In this document: piece after piece, positions 45,912 through 54,247 of the stretch
How positions within the stretch are numbered: the first letter of the stretch is position 1
Layout: each line of letters begins with the position of its first letter
Source: an uncultured Bacteroidota bacterium
GTDB lineage: Bacteria > Bacteroidota > Bacteroidia > Chitinophagales > Chitinophagaceae
Reading direction: 5' to 3'
Assembly: GCA_903858475.1 (NCBI GenBank)
Contig: CAIOIZ010000049.1
Location: 1,238-65,237, forward strand
DNA length: 64,000 bases
The notes under the pieces: model-generated
What the model was told of the DNA's origin: nothing
The model's input: the letters and a program-made list of their open reading frames with translations, nothing else
Databases searched by the model: none
Program-made: the position numbers and the translations under genes

Positions 45912-47144
45912 ATGGGAGACAAAGAAAGATACCGTGAAAACCTATTGGTACTGGTAATCCTCTTATTATTAGTAGGGTTGTTCTTTTCCCGTGCACTGCT
46001 TTCTATTGGTACAGGCTTATTCTTTTTGCTGAGCAGTTGGGGTATCTCATTTCGAAAAACCAAACAGGTGCTTTCGCAAAACAACTATTATTGGTTATTG
46101 GCACTCTTGTTTTTGCTGCCCTTGATGTCGGGCATTTGGAGCACAGATCAAGTAGAATGGTGGAATAGGATTCAAGTAAAGATTCCCTTATTGATTATCC
46201 CTTGGGCCTTTTTGGTCATGCCTGTATTGAGTAAACGAGCTTATTATCTCATTTCCTGGTGCTATATTATTTTGGTAATTGTTACCAGCCTCTACAGTGT
46301 GGTATTATTTGCAAATGACGCATCTACTTTTTTACAAGCCTACCACAAAGCGGGTCTGCTGCAGGTTGCTTTTGATAATGATCATGTGCGATACAGTTGG
46401 GCCATTGTCATTGCTTTGTTGCTATTGGTAACACTGTATAAAAATAAAATCAATAGTCGAATTGAAAATTTGCTTTGTATTTTTCTTATCGCTTGGTTGG
46501 TTTTTTATTTGCATCTGCTCGCTGCCAAAACAGGATTGATTACTTTCTATCTTGGCTTTTATTTGTATTGTATTTATTGCCTACTTACAGCACAACGCAA
46601 ATGGATACCCATAGTAGGAGCCTTTTTGCCAGTATTGCTGATACTGATAGCTTATTATTGCTTGCCTAGTTTTCAGCATCGACTTCATTATGTGGTATGG
46701 GATTATCAACAATATGCCAATGGACATTTTTTACCGGGTAGTCCCGATGGCTCAAGGGTAGCCAGTTGGAAGGCGGGGCTTTCTATTTTCTCCAATCATT
46801 GTTGGGGGGGCGTGGGAGCAGGAGATCTGTGGCAATACATGCAAAGCTACTACCAGCAAAATTTTCCTCTCTTTACAGCGCATGACCGAATTCTTCCGAA
46901 TCAAATACTTGTTTATGCTGCCAGCATGGGCTTGCCAGGTTTAGTATTGATACTCTCTATTGGGCTCTATCCTTTTTGTATAAAACAAGAAAGTAAAAAT
47001 ATTATTTGGATTTGTTTTCATGCAGGCAACCTAATTTGTTTATTCACAGATATTGGTCTAGAAGGGCAGTATGGCGTATTTTTATTCTCTTTTTTCACGA
47101 GTTGGTTCTCTGTAAAAAACCAAGCAAGCCTGCTATCACAATAA
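45912..47144 (+). CDS. O-antigen ligase (Wzy_C/WaaL-like) membrane protein
   Basis: About 12 TM segments; AKTG, SRVASWKAG, GVGAG motifs. Confidence 0.8.
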   Translation: MGDKERYRENLLVLVILLLLVGLFFSRALLSIGTGLFFLLSSWGISFRKTKQVLSQNNYYWLLALLFLLPLMSGIWSTDQVEWWNRIQVKIPLLIIPWAFLVMPVLSKRAYYLISWCYIILVIVTSLYSVVLFANDASTFLQAYHKAGLLQVAFDNDHVRYSWAIVIALLLLVTLYKNKINSRIENLLCIFLIAWLVFYLHLLAAKTGLITFYLGFYLYCIYCLLTAQRKWIPIVGAFLPVLLILIAYYCLPSFQHRLHYVVWDYQQYANGHFLPGSPDGSRVASWKAGLSIFSNHCWGGVGAGDLWQYMQSYYQQNFPLFTAHDRILPNQILVYAASMGLPGLVLILSIGLYPFCIKQESKNIIWICFHAGNLICLFTDIGLEGQYGVFLFSFFTSWFSVKNQASLLSQ

Positions 47145-47185
47145 TATGGAAGCCAGCACTTAATTTTACACTCAATTCAAATGGC

Positions 47186-47941
47186 ATGTTGTTATCTGTT
47201 GTAATTATTACTAAAAATGAAGCCCATATTATCGGCACTACTTTGCAAAGTTTGCAAGGGCTTACCGATGATATTGTAATGGTGGATAGTGGTAGTACAG
47301 ATGATACCATTTCAATTGGCAAACAATTTAATGCAAGGGTTATTGAAATGGGTTGGAATGGATATGGGATCAACAAAAATGTAGGTATTGATGCAGCTCA
47401 GCACGACTGGATATTGAATATTGATGCGGACGAAGCATTGGATGAGGAGTTGAAGCAAGCTTTATTGCAATTAAGTTTAACCGACAATCTGGTATTGTAT
47501 GAGATGCGGTTTAAAAACTTTTTCTGTGGTAAATGGATTCGTTTTGGGGAATGGGGATTTGATAAGCATATTCGCTTATTCAATAGAAAGCAGGTGCGAT
47601 GGAATACAGCTGCTGTGCATGAATCATTGCAATTGCCATCTGGCGCAAGGGTGCAATTGATGCAAGGGCATATCTTGCATTATACCACACAGCACCAGGA
47701 AGAATATGCTTTTAAAACATTGGCCTATGCAAAACTGAATGCGGAAAAATATTTTCAACAAGGCAAAAAAGCTACATTATTCAAACAGATTTTTTCACCC
47801 CTTTTTTCTTTCATTAAATATTATATTTTAAAAGCTGGATTTTTAGATGGCCAATATGGATGGATCATTGCTTTGTCCACTGCAAAATATACCTATTTAA
47901 AATACAGTTTCCTTCGGAAAATGTATCGTCAACAAGCATAA
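47186..47941 (+). CDS. GT2 glycosyltransferase, WaaE/KdtX-like
   Basis: LSVVIITKNEA, DSGSTD, IDADE, RLFNR, VHE. ATG at 47186 chosen. Confidence 0.9.
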   Translation: MLLSVVIITKNEAHIIGTTLQSLQGLTDDIVMVDSGSTDDTISIGKQFNARVIEMGWNGYGINKNVGIDAAQHDWILNIDADEALDEELKQALLQLSLTDNLVLYEMRFKNFFCGKWIRFGEWGFDKHIRLFNRKQVRWNTAAVHESLQLPSGARVQLMQGHILHYTTQHQEEYAFKTLAYAKLNAEKYFQQGKKATLFKQIFSPLFSFIKYYILKAGFLDGQYGWIIALSTAKYTYLKYSFLRKMYRQQA

Positions 47942-47954
47942 TATTGAAATTAGC

Positions 47955-48590
47955 ATGACCAATTTTATTCCTATATTTCCCTTGGGGATTGTTGTATATC
48001 CTGGAGAGTCTTTGAATCTGCATATTTTTGAACCGCGGTATAAACAATTAATCAATGAATGCTGGGCAACCAAAAAGCCTTTTGGTATTCCTACTGTCAT
48101 CAATCAAAGCATGAAAGATTTGGGCACGCTGGTAAGGGTTACAGAAATTTCAACCACTTATGAGGATGGACAGTTGGATATTAAAACAGAAGGGTTGGAG
48201 GTATTGCACATACTGGAATTAATGAAGGAAGTGCCGGATAAATTATACAGTGCTGCCATCGTTAATTATCCAGCCAATCAATATAATGGCGATAGTGTTT
48301 TGATGCAAAAACTAATCGCAGAGATACGGGCCTTGCATGCATTATTACAAGTACAGAAAAAATTTCAGAAGCCAGATGAAGTACTATGTAGCTATGACTT
48401 GGCCCATCATGCGGGACTTACATTGCAAGAAGAATATGATTTGTTAGGTTTGCTGCAGGAAATGCAAAGACAGGAGTATTTAAAACGTCATCTTTCGAAA
48501 GTGGTGCCCGTATTAAATGAAATGAATGCACTGAAAAAGAAAGTGCAATTGAATGGGCATTTCAAAAATCTTGAATCATTTAATTTATAA
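47955..48590 (+). CDS. Stand-alone Lon N-terminal substrate-binding domain protein
   Basis: IPIFPL..VVYPG..LNLHIFEPRY; no AAA+ or protease domain. Confidence 0.88.
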   Translation: MTNFIPIFPLGIVVYPGESLNLHIFEPRYKQLINECWATKKPFGIPTVINQSMKDLGTLVRVTEISTTYEDGQLDIKTEGLEVLHILELMKEVPDKLYSAAIVNYPANQYNGDSVLMQKLIAEIRALHALLQVQKKFQKPDEVLCSYDLAHHAGLTLQEEYDLLGLLQEMQRQEYLKRHLSKVVPVLNEMNALKKKVQLNGHFKNLESFNL

Positions 48591-48618
48591 CAGCAGAAAA
48601 TATTTATAAAACATTCAC

Positions 48619-49353
48619 ATGAGTTCAATTAAAACCATTTGCTTCGATTTTGGCAATACCCGTTTAAAAGCAGCCTTGTTCGAAGGGGATGTATTGACAG
48701 ACACAATTGTATTACCTAACGATAATGACTCCACGATTATTGATTTATTGGATCATCACCAGCCAAACAAAGCCATATTGTCTTCGGTGGTTAATCACAA
48801 CACAGCCATTGAAGCCATATTGGCTGATCGTACTCAGTATCATCAATTGACGCATTTAACCGAGGCTAATTTTACCACGCCTGTTGGTTCGCCCAAGTCC
48901 ATTGGTGCCGATCGCCTGGCACTTTCAGCGGCTGCCGTTCATTTTTATCCGAATCAAAATAATTTGGTGATTAGTTTAGGCACCTGCATCACTTATAATT
49001 TCATTAATCAATACCATCAATTTATCGGCGGTAGTATTTCGCCCGGGATGCAAATGCGGTTCAAGGCACTACAGTTATTTACCGCCAAGCTACCAGAAGT
49101 AGCTCCGGTGTGGAATTATCCATTATTGGGCTATGATACGGAAACCAATATCCTAAGCGGTGTTTTGGCTGGTATGGCCTTTGAAATAGAAGGCTTTATA
49201 GGCGCAACGGAGGCTAAATACAGCAACTTTAACGTGGTATTAACCGGTGGAAATACAGAACATTTTGCCCAACGGCTTAAAAAAAGGATATTTGCCGACC
49301 AAAATTTTTTATTCAAAGGCTTATATGCACTCAGTGAAATCAACAATACTTAA
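48619..49353 (+). CDS. coaX: Type III pantothenate kinase
   Basis: DFGNTRLK, GADR, GTCIT, GGSISPG, VLTGG. Confidence 0.93.
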   Translation: MSSIKTICFDFGNTRLKAALFEGDVLTDTIVLPNDNDSTIIDLLDHHQPNKAILSSVVNHNTAIEAILADRTQYHQLTHLTEANFTTPVGSPKSIGADRLALSAAAVHFYPNQNNLVISLGTCITYNFINQYHQFIGGSISPGMQMRFKALQLFTAKLPEVAPVWNYPLLGYDTETNILSGVLAGMAFEIEGFIGATEAKYSNFNVVLTGGNTEHFAQRLKKRIFADQNFLFKGLYALSEINNT

Positions 49354-50701
49354 ATATTTTTCCTTATTACTACTTGCTTTTAGCAGTCAGCTAAGCGCTT
49401 TTTCTCAGGAAAACTCCCCTTATTCTAGATATGGATTGGGTGATCTGGTGCCTAACCAGAATATAACCAGCAGGGCAATGGGTGGCATTAGTTCCGGTTT
49501 TTACGATTTACAAGGTATTCAAAGTATCAATTTTTCCAATCCTGCTACTTTAGGAAGCATTTCCTTTACGATGTTGGATTTAGGGGCAGAAGCGGATATC
49601 CATACATTAAAAAATATCAATCCCGCCAAAAAATATACGCAATCCAACTCACTGTTTTCTTATCTGCAGGCAGCTTTTCCAATTGCTTCTCAAAAGATGC
49701 TGAAGAAAGGCACCAATTGGGGCTTCGGTTTTGGAATCAAGCCCGTATCCCGGATTGATTATAAAATTGAAAAGCGTAGCAGGCTTAACAATGTGGATAG
49801 TTTATATACTCAATATGAAGGAACTGGTGGATTGAATCAAGCTTATTTAGGTACAGGTATTTCCTTTAACCTCAATAAAAATAAAGCTAGCTTGAGAGTG
49901 AACCGCTTGAGTTTTGGTGTACAATTCGGATACATGTTTGGCAGTAAAGATTTTAGTACCAAACTTACTTTCATCAACGATACGGTTAATTATTATCGTT
50001 CGAATTCAGAAACCAAATCTAATTTTGGTGGCGTATTTACACATGTAGGCATACAATATGAAACATCCCTGAAAAATGGCGGCATGTTAAGGATAGGTGC
50101 CAATGGCAACATGCAGCAAAAAATGAATGCAAAGCAGGACATTATCAGAGAAACTTTTCAGTTTGATGCCAATGGCAATACTTACAGAATTGATAGTATC
50201 TATGATCAAAAAAATGTAAAAGGTAAGGTGGAGTATCCTTCTAGCTATTCAGTTGGCTTTACTTATGCGGATCATCATTGGCTATTTGGCGCCGATTATG
50301 AAACCAGCAATTGGGCTAGTTATAAATATTATGGTGCTACTGAACAATTGCGCAACGCATGGACCATCAGAGGTGGGGCACAATATTTTCCAGCTAAAGA
50401 CAATACCCCTGCTAAAAAATATTTCAGTTTTGTAAAATACCGTATGGGCTTTTATTATGGTCCCGATTATGTGCAGTTAAATAGCAATAACAGACCACAA
50501 TATGCATTTACACTGGGCACAGGAATGCCACTCACTTCATTGCGTCGCAATAGTTATAATATAGAATATGTTACCCTAAACACCGCTTTGGAAATTGGCG
50601 CTAGGGGTAATAAACAAACCAATGTTAAAGAAGGAATGGTTCGTTTTAGTGTTGGTGTTTCCATGAATGCACGCTGGTTTAGAAAAATAAAATATGATTA
50701 A
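49325..50701 (+). CDS. Outer-membrane beta-barrel protein (FadL-like)
   Basis: Signal peptide, NSPYSRYGLG, NPA motif, amphipathic strands. Start overlaps the end of coaX. Confidence 0.7.
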   Translation: MHSVKSTILKYFSLLLLAFSSQLSAFSQENSPYSRYGLGDLVPNQNITSRAMGGISSGFYDLQGIQSINFSNPATLGSISFTMLDLGAEADIHTLKNINPAKKYTQSNSLFSYLQAAFPIASQKMLKKGTNWGFGFGIKPVSRIDYKIEKRSRLNNVDSLYTQYEGTGGLNQAYLGTGISFNLNKNKASLRVNRLSFGVQFGYMFGSKDFSTKLTFINDTVNYYRSNSETKSNFGGVFTHVGIQYETSLKNGGMLRIGANGNMQQKMNAKQDIIRETFQFDANGNTYRIDSIYDQKNVKGKVEYPSSYSVGFTYADHHWLFGADYETSNWASYKYYGATEQLRNAWTIRGGAQYFPAKDNTPAKKYFSFVKYRMGFYYGPDYVQLNSNNRPQYAFTLGTGMPLTSLRRNSYNIEYVTLNTALEIGARGNKQTNVKEGMVRFSVGVSMNARWFRKIKYD

Positions 50702-50750
50702 TTCCTTTTTGGAATTCATCGTCTGTTAATATATACCGGCAATTATTTTT

Positions 50751-51332
50751 ATGACCAATTCCATGTACCTCTCTTTTTTACGGAATTCCTTTTTTGGGGT
50801 AATGCTGGTTTTTCTATTTAATTCATGTGAAAATACCGATGCCGAATTAAAGGCATTGAGCTCCAAGGCGCTTAGGGTGGAGGAGGCAAAGGTTGTTAAT
50901 GTCAATTATACCATTGGGGGCAAAATTAAAGCCACCCTTAGTGCACCAATTATGCTTAGGGTGCAGGATAGTCTTTCTTATGTGGAATTTCCCCAAACCT
51001 TGCATGTAGATTTTTATGATGTTACAGGAAAGATTGAAAGTAAATTAGATGCCCAATATGGCAAATACTATGAGACACAAAGCAAGGTTTTTTTAAAAGA
51101 CAGTGTGCGTGTTATCAATATAAAAGCTGATACCCTTTATTGTGATGAACTATGGTGGGATAGAATGCGCACTGGTACAGAGTTCTTCACTGAAAAGCCG
51201 GTTCGTATAAGAACGCCCATTCAAATACTCAACGGCATTGGCATGGAAGCCCGCCAGGATTTTAAAGAATGGCATATCATTCAATCCACTGGTATCATCA
51301 AAGTGCCAGCAGCAGAATTCCCCGATCAATAG
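50751..51332 (+). CDS. lptC: LPS export protein LptC
   Basis: Lipobox FNSC, VEFPQTLHVDFYD, DTLYCDELWWD, FFTEKPVRI. Confidence 0.82.
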   Translation: MTNSMYLSFLRNSFFGVMLVFLFNSCENTDAELKALSSKALRVEEAKVVNVNYTIGGKIKATLSAPIMLRVQDSLSYVEFPQTLHVDFYDVTGKIESKLDAQYGKYYETQSKVFLKDSVRVINIKADTLYCDELWWDRMRTGTEFFTEKPVRIRTPIQILNGIGMEARQDFKEWHIIQSTGIIKVPAAEFPDQ

Positions 51333-51418
51333 TCTATCAGTTTTCCTAAAAGCGTAAGTAAAGAATTTCAGTGATATAAAAGCATGCTATAACTTGCAGC
51401 CTCATTAAAGCAATATTT

Positions 51419-52408
51419 ATGGAGTATCGTTATTTAGGTAAATCGGGTTTACAATTAAGTGTTTTATCCTTTGGAAGTTGGGTAAGCTTCAGTAAACAAA
51501 TCAACGATAAGGTTGCCGATGAACTCATGGGTATTGCCTATGACCAGGGGGTCAATTTTTTTGACAATGCAGAAGTGTATGCATTGGGGGAGAGCGAGAA
51601 AATGATGGGTCGTGTTTTGAAAAAGAAAAAATGGGACAGAACCTCTTATACTGTATCCTCGAAAGTTTTTTTTGGTTGCAGGGGTAAAGCAAATAAGCCC
51701 AATCAAATGGGACTTAGCAGAAAACATATTATGGAAGCCTGTGAAGAGGCTTTACAAAGATTACAAGTAGATTATTTAGATCTTTTTTTCTGCCATCGTC
51801 CAGATAAATTGAGCCCAATTGCTGAAACTGTATGGGCCATGAATCATCTCATTCAACAAGGAAAGATTTTATATTGGGGAACCAGTGAATGGAGTGGTGT
51901 TGAAATCATGGAAGCCCATCGGGTAGCAGAGCAATACAAATTGATTGGTCCTACCATGGAACAACCTCAATACAATTTATTTGAAAGAAATAAAGTGGAA
52001 AATGAGTTTGCTCAAATTTATAAAAACCAAGGATTGGGTACTACTATTTGGAGCCCGCTTGGTTCTGGATTATTGTCAGGAAAATACAATGACGGCATTC
52101 CAAAAAACAGTCGCTTTGCTTTAGAAGGCTTTGGCTGGCTAAAGGATAAGTGGGTATTGGATGACAAAGTGAAAAAAGTAAAAAAGCTATCCGAGTTGGC
52201 TGCTAAACTGGGCGTAAGTACGGCAGCTTTAAGCATTGCCTGGTGTATCAAAAATCCCAATGTTACTACAGCTATTTTAGGAGCCACTAAAAAGCAACAA
52301 TTAATAGAAAATTTAAAATCACTGGACGTGCTTCCCTTGCTAGATGCTTCCGTAATGGAAAAGATAGAGAGCATTATGAAAACTAAACCCGTTTTCCCGG
52401 AATTTTAA
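51419..52408 (+). CDS. Aldo/keto reductase, Kv-beta-like
   Basis: FDNAEVY, SSKVFF, CHRPD, WGTSEW, QPQYN, WSPL. Confidence 0.92.
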   Translation: MEYRYLGKSGLQLSVLSFGSWVSFSKQINDKVADELMGIAYDQGVNFFDNAEVYALGESEKMMGRVLKKKKWDRTSYTVSSKVFFGCRGKANKPNQMGLSRKHIMEACEEALQRLQVDYLDLFFCHRPDKLSPIAETVWAMNHLIQQGKILYWGTSEWSGVEIMEAHRVAEQYKLIGPTMEQPQYNLFERNKVENEFAQIYKNQGLGTTIWSPLGSGLLSGKYNDGIPKNSRFALEGFGWLKDKWVLDDKVKKVKKLSELAAKLGVSTAALSIAWCIKNPNVTTAILGATKKQQLIENLKSLDVLPLLDASVMEKIESIMKTKPVFPEF

Positions 52409-52409
52409 G

Positions 52410-52763
52410 ATGAAACAAGCAGTGGTATATGGAATTCCTAATTGTGATACGGTGAAAAAAGCCATCGATTGGTTAAAACTAAATGAGGTGGACTGTGTAT
52501 TTCACAATTACAAAAAGGAAGGCATCTGCAAAGAAAAATTAACAGCATGGTTTGAGTTAGTAGGTTGGGAAACGGTTATGAATAGACGAAGTAGCAGCTG
52601 GCGAGCATTAACAGCAAAAGAGCAGTCATCTGTACATGGACCTGCCGATGCATTGAAGCTGATGCTTGCCAATAATAGTATTATCAAAAGGCCTATTATT
52701 GAGTATAAGAAACAATTATTGATAGGATTTGATGAAGTTCAATATCAAAAACTATTTTCCTGA
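52410..52763 (+). CDS. ArsC/Spx/YffB-family thioredoxin-fold protein
   Basis: YGIPNCDTVKKA, IIKRP. Confidence 0.88.
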   Translation: MKQAVVYGIPNCDTVKKAIDWLKLNEVDCVFHNYKKEGICKEKLTAWFELVGWETVMNRRSSSWRALTAKEQSSVHGPADALKLMLANNSIIKRPIIEYKKQLLIGFDEVQYQKLFS

Positions 52764-52803
52764 ATTAAATTTTTATAACACTCATTCATAAATAAAAATA
52801 AAC

Positions 52804-53214
52804 ATGAAACGCAATGCAACTGCCGTTTGGAACGGCTCTGGAAAGGAAGGCCATGGTCACCTTACCACACAAAGTACAGTTTTAACTGATACTCAATATT
52901 CCTTTAGTTCACGATTCGAGAATGGCATTGGTACCAATCCAGAAGAATTAGTGGCAGCTGCTCATGCAGGTTGTTTTAGTATGAAACTAAGTTTTATATT
53001 GGGCGCAGCTGGTTTTACACCTGATCGTATCGAAACAAAAGCAGTTATTACCTTGGAAGAAGGAAGCATTACCAATTCTCATTTAGTTGTTACTGCTACG
53101 GTACCGGGTATTGATGCGGATGGCTTTGAAGCAGCTGTGGTAAATGCAGCAGCCAATTGTCCAATATCAAAATTGTACAATTGTGCTATTACACATGAGG
53201 CCGTTTTAGCTTAA
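52804..53214 (+). CDS. osmC: OsmC-family peroxiredoxin
   Basis: GTNPEELVAAAHAGCFSM and NCPISK. Confidence 0.93.
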   Translation: MKRNATAVWNGSGKEGHGHLTTQSTVLTDTQYSFSSRFENGIGTNPEELVAAAHAGCFSMKLSFILGAAGFTPDRIETKAVITLEEGSITNSHLVVTATVPGIDADGFEAAVVNAAANCPISKLYNCAITHEAVLA

Positions 53215-53231
53215 TGTGATAAAATAATTCA

Positions 53232-53271
53232 GCGGCGAATCCTTAACATTTGGGATTCGCCGTTTTTTTTT
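53232..53271 (+). terminator. Intrinsic terminator after osmC
   Basis: CGGCGAATCC/GGATTCGCCG stem plus long T-run. Confidence 0.85.
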
Positions 53272-53296
53272 GATTAAATTTGATAAAACAATTCAG

Positions 53297-54115
53297 ATGT
53301 CATTCAAAGGAAAAACAGTACTCATTACCGGCGCAAGTCGCGGTATTGGCAAAGCCATTGGAATAAAATTAGCCAGCGAAGGTGCGAATATTGTTATCGC
53401 CAGTAAAAGTGTGGAAGAAAATCCCAAGCTTGGGGGAACCATTTATACTGCTGCGGCCGAAATGGAAGCAGCGGGTGGTAAGGCCCTGGCAGTACAATGT
53501 GATATTCGCTTCGAAGATCAGGTGCAAGCAGTAGTTGAAAAAGCAGTAGCCAGTTTTGGCGGTATTGATATTCTGGTGAACAATGCATCTGCTATTAATT
53601 TAAGTGCAACAGAGCAAATGGACCCAAAGCGCTATGATTTAATGTATGACATCAATGTGCGCGGAACATTTTTTGTTAGCAAGGCCTGTATTCCTTTTTT
53701 GAAAAAATCTGATAACGCCCATATACTTACTTTATCTCCTCCTATTAACATGGATCTAAAGTGGTTTACAAATCACCTGGCGTATACCATCAGTAAGTAC
53801 AATATGAGTATGATGGCCTTGGGCTTGAGTGCTGAATTAAAAAAATACCGCATTGCTGCCAATGCATTGTGGCCCAGAACAACTATCGCAACTGCAGCAG
53901 TTAATAATTTATTGGGTGGCGAAATGTTGATGAAGATGAGTAGAACCCCAGCCATCATTGCTGATGCTGCTTATTATATTTTGTCTAAGTCTGCTGCAGA
54001 ATGTACCGGCAATACTTTTATTGATGAAAATGTTTTAGCAGCAGAAGGCATTACAGATTTATCACACTATTCTGTAGTGCCAGGGGCCCATCTCTACAAT
54101 GATTTATTTGTTTAA
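53297..54115 (+). CDS. Short-chain dehydrogenase/reductase (HSDL2-like, no SCP2 domain)
   Basis: TGASRGIG, NNAS, YTISK, NALWPRT. Confidence 0.9.
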   Translation: MSFKGKTVLITGASRGIGKAIGIKLASEGANIVIASKSVEENPKLGGTIYTAAAEMEAAGGKALAVQCDIRFEDQVQAVVEKAVASFGGIDILVNNASAINLSATEQMDPKRYDLMYDINVRGTFFVSKACIPFLKKSDNAHILTLSPPINMDLKWFTNHLAYTISKYNMSMMALGLSAELKKYRIAANALWPRTTIATAAVNNLLGGEMLMKMSRTPAIIADAAYYILSKSAAECTGNTFIDENVLAAEGITDLSHYSVVPGAHLYNDLFV

Positions 54116-54161
54116 TTGAGACTGTTAAGAAAAGCCTAAGAAAAATTTTCTTTGATGAATG

Positions 54162-54190
54162 GTAACATATACCACCTCCAGTACGTTTAA
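54162..54190 (+). promoter_or_regulatory. Candidate ECF-type promoter GTAAC-N17-CGTTTAA
   Basis: ECF-like -35/-10 pair about 57 nt before the ATG. Confidence 0.4.
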
Positions 54191-54247
54191 TTTCGTACTT
54201 GCAATACGACGCCATGCATATTGCTTCACTAGACCAAAAGTATAGCC

